A stretch of 63,481 bases of DNA, filler included, from Diploschistes diacapsis (GCA_023645945.1; 25 parts of 25 records of this genome joined end to end with filler, not necessarily neighbours in it), one strand, 5' to 3'. Positions 1 to 12,284 are shown, counted from the first letter of the whole stretch. Notes: a model not told the origin generated them from the letters alone. Numbers and translations are program-made.

Positions 1-10
1 GCTTTTATAC

Positions 11-447
11 CTAGAGTCGTGACCCTAGTACCCGAGCAGACCCTAGTTACCGAGCACGTGATACAATAACAAAACTACAATAATAAATATTTAAAGTAAA
101 ATATTTCCAAAAGTAATTAATTTGAAGCCTTATAAATCGAATAATAACTATATCTAATTCTATAGATTTATCTTATTATATCTAATCGCTAGCGTCGACG
201 ACGCTAACGATAAAAAACTTTCCTAAGATAACCAGCTTTACTTTCGGGACTATCTTTTATTTTTATATATTCCAGCAGCTTAAAGCACTGTTAATTTCTT
301 TTTCTTAACCTACTTCTGCCTTTCCTGCCTATTAATCTCGTAAAGTGCTTATTTTTTCGTTTAGCGCGCGTTAGTAGTTTTTATAAAGGTTAAAAACTTA
401 TTTCTTATAATCACGATAATGCGTTTACGTTTCTAACGATATATCGA
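11..447. mobile_element. Terminus of a RIP-degraded DNA transposon with subterminal GACCCTAGTACCCGAGCA repeats
   Basis: Same terminus in reverse orientation at ~60188-60510; related end at ~14549-14600; superfamily not determined. Confidence 0.55.
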
Positions 448-902
448 TGTTATGATCTCTATCTATACAAGGTATACACGAGTAGGATCAAGGTGGGTTT
501 GGTCTCTGTTAGAAGAGGAGTGTGATAGGAGAAAAAGATAGAGTAGTTATAGGTCTTGGACTGTTTTTAAAAAGAAGGTTTTTTAGTAATAAAAATAACG
601 AATATAAATTAATTCCGAATAATAATTAGAGATGTTTATAAAAGTAAATACGTTTTAAATTTATAGAAGCTATAACGACGTTTTTATATAATTAATAACT
701 CTTTTAATAAAGTAAATAAATAAATAAATAAAATTACCGTTCTTTCTTTTTATTTATGATTAAATAGAATGATTTTTTAGACTTTTTACTTATCACGTGA
801 CCCGTGTTACCCTAATTAGACTATATATAAGAAATAATTAAGAAAGTATCCGACTAGCTGTTACGTATTAAGTATTATCGATTAATACCTTGGATCGTAA
901 TA
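448..902 (-). mobile_element. LTR family A, 3' LTR (455 bp); internal 3' region continues 903-1620
   Basis: Ends TGTTATGATC...GATCGTAATA (imperfect inverted ends); purine tract on the minus strand adjoins 902; paralogous to 10754-11925. Confidence 0.85.
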
Positions 903-1620
903 TTATCTCTTTCTTTCAACTTTGTCGGCCCGATAAATACCGAAAAATTAATATAAGTACTAAATAAAAAAAAATTTCAAGTCGTAGGACAACGATATCT
1001 TCTTTATTTTTAATATAAAAGAAATATTTAGGCTTTATTATTCGTCTTCGGGGTTTTCTAAACATATTATTTTATAACTATTATTTATTTTTTTATAATT
1101 ATATCAGAATGCCTTTTATCTCGGTAAAATATGCTCGCTATGTTAAGTCTAATAAGAAGGATTATGTTTCTATTACATGAAAAGTAATTAAACGGACCAT
1201 CCTTTCGAAAAGAGACGAGATCGAGAAAGATAAAAGGCTTATTAACGAGGATAATAAATAAGAAAAAGAGTTGGAAAAACAACTCCGTAAAGTTAAAGAT
1301 CGTCATCTTTAATGTAAACGTCGCATTCGTTATAACCGAAAGATTTTTAAACTAACGAAAGGTCGTACGGACGCGCAGGCGAGGTATTTGGCGGAAAAAT
1401 TAAATTTAAAATCGTTCGAGACGTACGCGAATACTTAAAAAAAAATGCCCTCGGAGTTCGGTTTAGAATTATTAAAGCTAACCGCAATATTACCGGCTCA
1501 GTTAAATTAGTTTTTAAAAGATAAAGTTTTTATCCTTTTAGATTAAATAAGTCTACGGTATTTCCTTATCTTATTCTTATAGTTATTTAAATTTTCTAAG
1601 GGTTCTTATATGTTTTATTC

Positions 1621-1720
1621 NNNNNNNNNNNNNNNNNNNNNNNNNNNNNNNNNNNNNNNNNNNNTTAATTAATTAANNNNNNNNNNNNNNNNNNNNNNNN
1701 NNNNNNNNNNNNNNNNNNNN
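1621..1720. other. Artificial contig spacer N44-TTAATTAATTAA-N44 (first of 24; others start at 3340, 5059, 6776, 8493, 10210, 11926, 13642, 36212, 37924, 39636, 41345, 43054, 44763, 46469, 48174, 49879, 51584, 53288, 54992, 56692, 58390, 60088, 61785)
   Basis: Identical 100-bp spacer with a six-frame-stop 12-mer; flanking contigs are unrelated and sorted by length. Confidence 0.98.
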
Positions 1721-2140
1721 AAAAATTATAGGTCTAAAATCCCGATACCGTGCCGATTATATAAAACATATATAAATTATAAGATACATAAATAACGACG
1801 TTAGAGATCTCGATACCTTAATAGGCAAACCCCGCCTAAATAAAAAGAAAGGGACGAAAAGATCCAACGAAGAACCTTCCGTTAAAAAAAAGAAATGTTT
1901 CGAATGTGGTAAGATAAGTTACTTCGCCCGAAATTACCGATCTAACAATAAAATTATTAGAAAAAATATTCTAACCGCGACAAATCAGTATTATCTTAAC
2001 GTAATTACAAATTACCTTATAAAGGACTGGTTTATAAACGAGTAACCTTAAAAAAACTTATAAAAAAATCGAATAACATAATTTGGCAAACGATATCGAC
2101 GAATCTACTAATAAAGATATCGAAATCATATTTTTATTAA
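1721..2140 (+). pseudogene. Gypsy gag remnant with degenerate CCHC zinc knuckle
   Basis: Translation CFECGKISYFARNY near 1895-1940; homologous to 3440-3666 on the minus strand. Confidence 0.6.
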
Positions 2141-2439
2141 TGAGGCAGATCAGCCTAGGCGCCTGCCAAGCCACCAGGGTCACATGACGGCAGGGTCACA
2201 TGACGGGTGCCAACCGTGCCAAGGATGTTAGGGGGTGGTTGTGTAGGCGGGTAGAACCCGAACCCCGTAGGGCTGGCATTCATATACTATTTATTCCTGC
2301 TATCCTTTTATTTAAATAGTTTCTTCTTTAGCTTTTCGAATCGAGATTTTTTATTTGTAGATATCTAGTTACACGTAAGTCTTCCGGATTAGGTCTAGCC
2401 CTTAGTAGTATAGTACCCCATTCCTGCGCTGGCGTTTCA
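2141..2439 (+). mobile_element. LTR family B (chromovirus-like), 5' LTR, followed by PBS 2441-2452 and a gag remnant to 3339
   Basis: TGAG...TTTCA ends; several copies in the window; downstream sequence matches the reverse complement of 44863-45397. Confidence 0.85.
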
Positions 2440-3439
2440 TATTCGAAAAGCTTATTTTATTTTCGCACTTGTGACGAGAGTTTAAAACGTTAATCGAATC
2501 AAGTATTCGAGTATCCGCGATTATCGAACTCGAAAGTATTATTCGCCGATTTATTATAAACAATGGCCCTCGTTAATAGAAAGGATTAAAAAAGAAAGAG
2601 AAAATTTATAGTACTTCCGACTTTTAAAAAATTAACCGAGATCATAACGGTTAAAAAATACGATTCAAAAAACGAATCGATAGTTAAAAAATAATCTATA
2701 AGGTATCCCGCGTTACGATAGTTATTTATGTCAGGAATTTTCGAGAGATTTAATATGAGCGAAAAACTAGTACGGGAAAGATTTTAAAAGAACCCCCGCG
2801 ACGAATTTAAACGAAAAATATCTTCGTTTAAAGACCCGATAAAGAAATAGGTTAACTGAGACAACGTTATCGAGAACGTGAGGAAGCTATAATCGTAAGA
2901 ACGAGTAAAAGAGATCTATTATCGAACCGAAAAAGAACTAACGAAATTTATTAAATTAATACGTACCTACGTGACAGCGATCGAAAAGATAAATCAACGA
3001 AATAAACTCAAGATTTAACGATTTTAATAGTAATTCGAGAAAGACTTAGTTAAACGAAACGAATTAAAATAGTTATTGAATAGGGAACAAGAGACCCGGG
3101 CCCGCCTAATTAACGAAAATATTGACTTACGAGCAACTATCGAAGAATTTCGCAATCAACAAGAACCCATAAATCCAGCTACGGAGATTAATAACGGAAA
3201 ACGTTTTTCCTCATATAAGCTATCCGATCTATCTTAGTTTATAATAAATCTCGGAAAAAGGTCTCAATTATAAATAATAACGTCGTTTAATTAAAGATAA
3301 ATTAAAAATTAACGATAACCGGTTTAACGGGGCCGACGANNNNNNNNNNNNNNNNNNNNNNNNNNNNNNNNNNNNNNNNNNNNTTAATTAATTAANNNNN
3401 NNNNNNNNNNNNNNNNNNNNNNNNNNNNNNNNNNNNNNN

Positions 3440-3666
3440 ATTAAATCTTCTATAAGATAACTTATAGTTACGTTAAGATAATACTAATTTCTCTCGATTA
3501 AAATATTCTTTTTTACGAGTTTATTTTTAGATCGATAATCTCGGGCGAAGTGACTTATCTTGCCATATTTGCAATATTTCTTTTTTTTAATTAAAGGTCC
3601 CCCGTTGGGTCCTTTAATTCTTTTCTTTTGATTAAAACGGGGTTTATCGATTAAAATATCGAGATC
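3440..3666 (-). pseudogene. Gypsy gag zinc-knuckle remnant
   Basis: ORF 3484-3747 contains KYCKYGKISHFARDYR, a degenerate CCHC knuckle. Confidence 0.6.
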
Positions 3667-3668
3667 TA

Positions 3669-4800
3669 CAGTGAGGTCCCAAAAGTAGTTGGGTATGAAA
3701 ACAACAAAACACGACCCACCAACTTCATCAAGCCATTGCGCGCTCAATAAAGCTTCAATAAATACGCAAATTAGATCATTTTGAAGCTCTTAAACAGTAG
3801 ATAATATTATTATTTAGTTTATCATCTTTGCGCGTCTATATAAGCCTGTATACGCTTCGACATAGAATGAACTAATATAGCAGACAATTCTTACTCCTTA
3901 TCCCCTCAAAAATATCCCAAAAGCTTCTCGAATAATTATTTTTAAAATATTCTTCTTTTTCCCTTTGATTCCGCGCATCGTTTTAAGCTTAAAATAAAGC
4001 TTAATAGTCATTTCTTTGAGAATAGGCCATAGATGTTCGATAGGGTTCAGATCTGGACTATAAAGAAGATAATCGAGCGTCTAGATGCCTAATTCTTTTA
4101 AAAAACCTTTGACACAATTAGTATTATATATAGGCGTATTATCCTGCAAAAATGCCTGTCCAGGTTCGTAGACTTGAGGCATAATAGAGAGGTTCAGCAA
4201 CCCTGTAAATGCACCGCGTAAGTCTTATTGTAGTTAGCTCGTGTCTCGGCGCCGAGAGCTGCTTACCTTTTTAGGAAGCATCTCCGAAAGTGTAGGCAGC
4301 GTCCGCCTACAGAACCGCAGACGTCGCCTACGCTGCGTAAGTCCTAATATAAATAAGCGTCGAGAACAGCCTTACGGCCCTCCACCGACGCATCTATAGC
4401 GTAAAAGACGCCTGCCCCTACGCTCCCAGGCCCTCAATTTACGATTTAAATGATAATAAACGCTGACATTAAATACCGCAGCGTCTATTACCATTTCCGC
4501 ATCCTTCTTACCCCCCCTTCTCCTTTACTCCTTAAACGTGAAATAACCATATTTTAGACCTTTTTAATTATATTCAAAAGAGATGAAATTACTAAAAGTA
4601 TTGTATTTTAATATACTATTTAATTTGGACTAGTCTCTTACCAAAACCCCTCAAAAAGCGCTAGCTACATCTAGACTTACGCAGCGAGCGCATTGCAGGG
4701 TTGCTGAACCTCTCTAATATCGCTTAAAGTAGGTAGTATGTTTCGGCAGTAGCTGTTCGTTCATTTTAGTATTCTTATTATTTTTATTAATAGGCGTTAT
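3669..4800 (-). mobile_element. Tc1-like (DD34E) transposon relic, interrupted by a MITE
   Basis: TA|CAGTG terminus at 3667-3673; minus-strand motifs FLQDN (~4140-4155) and YSPDLNPIEHLW (~4025-4062); right limit approximate. Confidence 0.8.
4185..4716. mobile_element. MITE / non-autonomous TIR element (~530 bp)
   Basis: Perfect 21-bp TIR TAGAGAGGTTCAGCAACCCTG / CAGGGTTGCTGAACCTCTCTA; no ORF; interrupts the Tc1 transposase. Confidence 0.85.
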
Positions 4801-5158
4801 TTTAAGTAATTCGTGTCGTTATGTATCTGGTCCTCGTCTAGCGCGTCGATAGAGCCTATTTTCTTGATTTTAAGTAATAATTCGGGGTCATCCTGAGCGA
4901 TATAGGTCATGCTGTTCATCGTCTCGTTCTGAAGCTTTTGCTTTCGTATATTGGGCTGTAAAATAGGGAATATTGAGCTTTTGGGCGGCATTTTTGAAAG
5001 TATTGACGCTGTAGAGAACGCGGAGGATCCCAGAGCGCTCGAATGGCTTCAAACGGCGNNNNNNNNNNNNNNNNNNNNNNNNNNNNNNNNNNNNNNNNNN
5101 NNTTAATTAATTAANNNNNNNNNNNNNNNNNNNNNNNNNNNNNNNNNNNNNNNNNNNN

Positions 5159-6775
5159 ATGTTATTCGTATTTTATAATTCTAAGAAATGAATATAAAAC
5201 TCTAAAACGATAAATAATTAAAAACGATATATTTCGATAATGCATCTGAAGTAATCTCTATAATCGAAAATTAAGGGAAAAATTCAGGAATTTAGATAGA
5301 ACCAATAGTACTATACACGTCAAGTTAAAATGATACTGCCGAAAGATCCATACAAACGACCGAGATAAACATCCGTGCCATATTTAAGAAAGCGAAATAA
5401 GAATACGCTTTCTAGAACGAAACGATATTAATTTAATATTACATCCGAAATAAGACGATAATAAGATTTAAATTAAACGATTTAATCGCGACGTTTATCG
5501 AACATTAATTAAACGAAAAATCGTTAACAGATTATTTATATCCGTGTCTAAAAGTTAAGATATTATAATAATATAAATCCGAAGTTATTAATTAAACGAT
5601 AAGATAAATTAATAAATAAGGCAATGATTAAGTTTAATAATAAAATATATTAACATCGATAAATAGTATAAGATCTAAATACCCGACTTTAAGAAATTAT
5701 TAAAACTAATTCTGTTAAGTTTTAAAAAATAAAACATTTACTTATTAAAAATTAAAATTATTTAAAAATAATAAGAAAGGCGATAACGTAATATCCGTCC
5801 GGAAGCCATCGGGAGGTTTAACGAACGATTTAGTATCTAATATCGAAAACAATAAAGACGCAGTAACGATAAAGGTAAAAATTTAATTAAACGATATTAA
5901 ATTTTTATTATCTGGACCTACGATAGATCACAGTATTCTAAAAGTTTCTGTTTTCGTTCCCTGTGATTAACCCGAATTAGATAAGGATAGCCGACGGTTA
6001 ATAAAAAGGTTCTTGCGGGTCGAGGTTCTTAGTAATATGTAAGACCAAGCAAGGAACATGCCAAGAGTCGGACAAGCGGCACTCAGGGTCTTAGCTTGCG
6101 GGTACTTGAAGGAGGATTTTGCTCTTCTTATTCTCTCTTCTTCTTTAATAATTAGTCCTAGCATGAATCTGCCCTACGTATAACTATCTTATCACATTAT
6201 CGTATTCTATTTTTTACAGTTCTAATTATTCTACCTTTCTTAAGGACGACGATCCGACAAGATAGCACGTTCTTCGCAACGTACACGTAAGACAAACCCA
6301 CGCAACCAAATTAAAATAAAAGAAAATGAAAGAAAAGAAAGAAATGAACGATCTAGAACTACTTTACTTGATAAAAAGGATTCAGATCATACCGAATAAC
6401 AAGAACGAGACTCGTAATTTAAAGATAAAACATTAATAAACGAATCGCTAGAATAAAAAGATGGTTTCGAATCTGTATTAAAAGATGCATCAGAAACAAT
6501 AAAAAACATATTACTAAAAATAAGATAAGATATGAAATTTAAAGAAAGCTAAATAATAGAAATAAAAAAAGATGCCCTCGTCGAGAAAATAAAAAGAATT
6601 GCTGTTAAAGCAGCATTAACAGCCGAAATGATGTATAAACGATAAGCAAGTTAGGATCATTTAGATACCATTGACCACTACCGCGACATCAAATTAGATA
6701 AATTACCACCCTTCTATAAAAAAATTATTTAAGAACATAACCGTTAAATAACAAATACAGAAAATATGTTTATCA
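5159..6775 (+). pseudogene. Copia-type integrase/pol remnant, with a possible inserted LTR at 5962-6196
   Basis: NDTAERS (QNGxAER-like) near 5328; homologous to 58490-58980 on the minus strand; insert bounded by TGTGAT...ATCACA. Confidence 0.55.
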
Positions 6776-6875
6776 NNNNNNNNNNNNNNNNNNNNNNNNN
6801 NNNNNNNNNNNNNNNNNNNTTAATTAATTAANNNNNNNNNNNNNNNNNNNNNNNNNNNNNNNNNNNNNNNNNNNN

Positions 6876-8492
6876 GTGGTGAAGGGGACCAGTACTTATA
6901 AAGATGAGGAAGTAAAGAATCTGTTATCGCAGCTAGGCTATAACAGCTAGAACGACGTCGGCGCGCTAATAATAATCGAAAAAAAAAAATTTCGCGAATA
7001 AAATTTTTTTTATCGAGATATTTTAACGTCTCGATAATCTTACGTATTATTATTACGAAAGAAAGGTTAATTATAACTTAAATTTAAACGTATTGAATAT
7101 TTAGGGGATTAATTATGAAAATTATCCGATTTCTTTTTATTTATTTCGTAAGCGGGCCCGAAGCGGAGATCTCGTTAAGTTCGATACGGGCAATCTTCGC
7201 GGATATAAAAGTATTTAAAAAAAAATAGGATATTTTTGCGATTATAAAATTTCGTTAATCTTAATATTAACGATTTACGCGCGGTGTTTCGTTAATATCG
7301 TTTTATCGTTTCCGCCGAAGCGGTTTTACGATACGGAACGCAAACGCGTAAATAATTAATAAAAAAAAAACGGAAAGAAATAATTATAATTAATAAAAGA
7401 ATAAACCGTATTACGTTATTTAATTAAAAATATAGCGAACGGGGTCTTTACGAAACGTAATCGGTTTATTATTAAGAGATCGTTATAAGTAACGCGAAAC
7501 GAAAGGTTTTCGAATTTTACGCGGGACGTGGTGTATAATGATAACGATTGTTGGTTTTAGGGATTTAATTTTTTTATTAGGTTCTAACCCCTGGTACGTC
7601 TCGAAAGAAAGGAAATCTTATTTCCGCCGAAGATATTATTTATATAGCCCGAAAAGACGGACGCGCGCGTCGATATGTCGAAAAGTTTAAACGTCTAAAC
7701 GTAAATAGACGAGACGTGCTTAAAAAGTAAACCGGAGGGGATTTAAATACGGATAAACTTCGCTTATTTAAACGCATAGAAACAGGCGATGGGCACAGGA
7801 TCTTAAAGTTTCATATTATGCTGAAAATTAACGCGGAATTCCCGGTCCGCGCATAATATCTTAGGATTTTAGGATATTATGTTCTCCCTTAGTCCGGGGG
7901 GGGGAAAAAGGGGGCTCGAGCGTCTTCAAAATCGTGTATTCCGTATAATTACGGGAGCGTATAAGCTAACCTCGATTGCGAGATTAGGAGCCGAGACTTA
8001 CGTATTTTCGACGGATTTTTACCTAATCGATATAGCGGCGCGTATTTATCGGAAACTCGAAACCAGCGGAATAATAACGGAAATTAAGGAGCGATACGTA
8101 GCAATAGCGAAAAGATTACGATTAAAACGAGGACGGAGAACGGAAATTAAGCCGACGTTAGTTTAATTCCGGGCGGTATAAATAAACGATAAAAAAAAAG
8201 AAAAATAATTAAAAGAATGAATTAAAAAAGAATAAATAAAAAGAACGAAAAAAAAAAAACCAACGGAAAGGACTCGGAAAGAAAACGAGAAAAGGATGTC
8301 GTTATGACATCAAAGGGCCGTAAGGTTCTCGATTTATATTAAAGATTAAAAAAAATAAAAAGTTTAATAGCGATTTAAGTAAAAACTGGTATAAACGGGT
8401 TGAATAAATGTTTTAGAAAATGGAACGTTCTCGGAATCGAATCGCTAAAATATTATTATAATGGCGGATTAGAAACGGTTCGATATATAATT
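6876..8492 (+). mobile_element. Tad/CgT1-like LINE ORF2 remnant (post-RT region and C-terminal zinc knuckle)
   Basis: LQNRVFRIITGAYK...LGAETYV in ORF 7879-8166; TGINGL and ETVR motifs near 8385-8485. Confidence 0.75.
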
Positions 8493-9045
8493 NNNNNNNN
8501 NNNNNNNNNNNNNNNNNNNNNNNNNNNNNNNNNNNNTTAATTAATTAANNNNNNNNNNNNNNNNNNNNNNNNNNNNNNNNNNNNNNNNNNNNATTTCTTA
8601 AATTTTATAAAATTCTTAAACATTCCGTAATTATCTTTCTAACTTCTTAAATATACGTCGAGATAAGGTTTTATTTATGTTAATACGCGGTTATATATGA
8701 ATTTTATAACGAAGATTATTCGTTTTTTTTAATCGTTTATGATATACGGGTTTTAATAGAAATATATTGAAAATTAAAATATCTAATATTTCAATTTCTT
8801 TCGGTTTCCGTAGAACGTTATTAGTTTTATAGTTTTTATAATAGATTTTTTATACGATTTATTTTCGTTAGGTTTATCGTTATTTCCGAGGTCGTCGCTT
8901 TTGGTTTTCGTTGTGTCTTTTATACGGACATCGGTTTCATTTAATAACGTTATTATTCTAAATACGCGAGATATTGCGGATTTAATTATCGGTGGCGATC
9001 GCCCGGTTATATTATTAATAATATTTATTCTTAAAAATGTTTAAG

Positions 9046-9501
9046 TGTTATAATCTTTATTTATACAAAATATACACGAGTAGAATTAAAGTGGATTTAA
9101 TCTTTATTAAAAGAGGAGTATGATAAGAAAAAAAAATAAAATAATTATAGATTTTAAATTGTTTTTAAAAAGAAAACTTTTTAAATAATAAAAATAACGA
9201 ATATAAATTAATCACGAATAATAACTTAAGATATCTATAAAAATAAATACGTTCTTTTTTACGAAGGTAAAGTCGTGTTTATATATAATTAACTCGCTCG
9301 CCGTTTATCGTAAGTTTAGCGAGCGGCGCCCTCGAGGTTCGTCGTTTATAAGAATGAACGTGACCGTCGAGCGGTGACGAAAACTCGCTCGCCGTTTACG
9401 AAAGTGAGCGCGAGCAGTAAGCGCATCACGTGACTTCTGGTCTCGTGATTGATCTATATACAAAACTGGGACGTGCCAAGTCTAGTACTTGGATCGTAAC
9501 A
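9046..9501 (-). mobile_element. LTR family A (subtype 2), 5' LTR; leader/gag continues 9045-8593
   Basis: TGTTATAATC...GATCGTAACA; reverse complement of 52395-53287. Confidence 0.85.
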
Positions 9502-10209
9502 GTTTGAGGCGATCGAGAATGAAGATCTCGATACATCTTAACGGTAATTCCGTTAAACTCGATGTTTTATCTTTAACGGATATTATTATAACATCTACGT
9601 CGACGTCGAATTCATTAACGACGGCTATCTCGCCGCTAACTTATAAAAACATAATGAAATCAGTTCATTATATTATTAAATTTATAGTTTCATTTAATAA
9701 AAGTTCCGGATTTAGTTTTAAAGGTTATCGCTACGTCATCGTCTCCGTTCGTCTAAATTTGAATGGAAATACGCATCGATTCTATTTCGATAATAAATAC
9801 ACGATATCATTCATAAATAAAAAATTCCTACAGAAATATAAGCTTAAGGCGAAGGTACTTACGATACCGATTCCGATGAAGATTATTAACGTTAGAAAAA
9901 ACAAGCATTCGGTTTTGAACTTTATCGTATTAAACATGTTTTTCCCGATCGACGAAAGACGAATTACGCAGATTTAGAAAGAGTTATATATCGTAAATAA
10001 TCTACGAGTAAACGTGTTTATTAATATCGATATATTATATTTAAAATAATTTATTATCGATTTTTAAAAATAAATTACAATTATCGAGAATTACGCCGAT
10101 TTAGAGATTCCGATTTCAATTATAACGTAAAAGAAGATTACGGTTATAATATTTTTTCAAAATATATTTATAATACTTTCGAGGTCGGTTATTTTAGTGC
10201 CTATTATTG
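9502..10209 (+). pseudogene. Gypsy aspartic protease region remnant
   Basis: FYFDNKYTISFINKKFL (degenerate LDTG-type) and YIVNNLRVNVFINIDIL motifs. Confidence 0.55.
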
Positions 10210-10309
10210 NNNNNNNNNNNNNNNNNNNNNNNNNNNNNNNNNNNNNNNNNNNNTTAATTAATTAANNNNNNNNNNNNNNNNNNNNNNNNNNNNNNNNNNN
10301 NNNNNNNNN

Positions 10310-10419
10310 TAGTTCTTTAGACTTAATAAAACACGTAAAAATTAACGATCGTTCAAAGCACATCGATATTACTTATTATCACGTACGAGATCTAATTAAG
10401 CAAAGATATATTAAGATAT
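10310..10419 (+). pseudogene. Copia RNase H remnant
   Basis: INDRSKHIDITYYHVRDL matches the Ty1/Copia RNase H motif. Confidence 0.75.
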
Positions 10420-10600
10420 TGTGGTAGTTGCTGGGCTTGCTTGTGGGTTGCTGCTGGGGCAGGTGTTGCCGACCTCGCTGTCTAGGCATCATCTATGACG
10501 ATGGCGCTTGGCATCTACTGTATATAAATAGATTTTGTTCCAGATTAGCTACCAATCTACACACTTCTTACATTTAATTTTATAAATGATTTGCTTAACA
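10420..10600 (+). mobile_element. Probable 5' LTR of another family, followed by a tRNA-Met-like PBS (TGGTAGC, 10604-10610)
   Basis: TG...CA bounded block interrupting the Copia RNase H; TATA-like motif; single copy in the window. Confidence 0.4.
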
Positions 10601-10753
10601 AATTGGTAGCAACGAGAATGGTTTAATCCTTCTTGTCCCAATGCTGTATTAATATCAATAGAGCTTAATTTTCTACCTAGTTCTACTTATTAGATCAGAT
10701 CTTGCTTCTGAAGTTTGAACTTCGGAAAATTTGCTTTCCTTCCACCTTCCAGC

Positions 10754-11207
10754 TGTTATGATCTCTATCTATACAAGGTATACACGAGTAGGATCAAGGT
10801 GGGTTTGGTCTCTGTTAGAAGAGGAGTGTGGTAGGAGAAGAAGATAGAGCAGTTATAGGTCTTGGATTGTCTCTAGAAAGAAGGTTCTAAAGTAATAAAA
10901 GTAACGAATATAAATTGATCCCGAATAATAATTAAGAATATTTATAAAAATAAACACGTTTTAGATTTATAAAGATTATAATAACGTTTTTATATAATCG
11001 ATAACTTTTTTAATAAAATAAATAAATAAATAAATAAAATTACCGTTCTTTCTTTCTATTTACGACTAAATAAAATAATTTTTTAAACCTTTTATTTATC
11101 ACGTGACCCGTATTATCTTAATTGAATTATATATAAGGAATGATTAGAAAATACTCGATTAATTATTGCATATTAAGTACTATCGATTAATACTTTAGAT
11201 CGTAATA
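10754..11207 (-). mobile_element. LTR family A, 3' LTR; internal region 11208-11925
   Basis: Paralogue of 448-1620, differing mainly by transitions. Confidence 0.85.
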
Positions 11208-12025
11208 TTATCTCTTTCCTTTAATCTTATCGGCCCGATAAGCACCGAAAGATTAATATAAGTATTAAATAAAAGAAAATCCTAAGTCATAAGATAGCAA
11301 TATCTTTTTTATCTTCGATATAAAAGAAACGTTTAGATTTTATTATTTGTCTTCGGGGTTTCTTAAATACATTATTTTATAATTATTATCTATTTTTTTA
11401 CGATTGTATTAAGATGCCTTCTATTTCGATAAAATACGCTCGCTATATTAAGTTTGATAGGAAGGATTGTGTTTCTATTATATGAAAGGTAATTGAACGG
11501 ACCATCCTTTCGAAAAAAGACGAGATCGAGAAGGATAAAAAGCTTATTAACGAGGATAATAAATAAGAGAAGGAGTTAGAAAAATAACTTCGCGAGATTA
11601 AAGATCGTCGTCTTTAATATAAACGTCGTATTTATTGTAATCGAAAGGTTTTTTAATTAACGGAAGATCGTACGGACGCGTAAGCGAGATATTTAACGAA
11701 AAAATTAGATTTAGAATCATTCGAGGCGTACGCGAATACTTAAAAAGGCGTGCCTTCGAAGTTCGATCCAGAATTATTAAAACTAGCCGTAATATCGCCG
11801 GCTTAGTTAAATTAGTTTTTAAGAGATGAAGCTTTTATCCCTTTAGGTTAAATAAGTTTGCGATATTCCTTTATTTTGTTCTTATAATTACTTAAATTTT
11901 CTAATAATTCCTATATATTCTATTCNNNNNNNNNNNNNNNNNNNNNNNNNNNNNNNNNNNNNNNNNNNNTTAATTAATTAANNNNNNNNNNNNNNNNNNN
12001 NNNNNNNNNNNNNNNNNNNNNNNNN

Positions 12026-12206
12026 CTTATATATTAATATATTATTATAATTTAAGGTCTATAAATAGTCGTTAATATTAAATTTTATTAGAATCGAATT
12101 ATTGCGATGCAAGATAATCATTGTTAAGAAAAATCGAATGTAAGATAAAAATAATGATTTGAGATGGCCGGACTCTGGGGGTGGCCGGACTCACCGTCAA
12201 ACACGT
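12026..12206 (+). mobile_element. Fot1/pogo-like transposon right end
   Basis: Ends ...CACGT|TA with duplicated GGCCGGAC subterminal repeats; related end at ~50316-50362. Confidence 0.7.
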
Positions 12207-12284
12207 TAAATTAACAGATTTTCTGTAATACGCAGAACCCAATAAGGGCTAATAGGGGGTATGCCAAGCATATACCAAGGCCCG

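Noticed and set aside
1665..1676. Regularly spaced TTAATTAATTAA motifs resembling a periodic or CRISPR-like array
   Set aside because: Embedded in N runs; artificial six-frame-stop linkers
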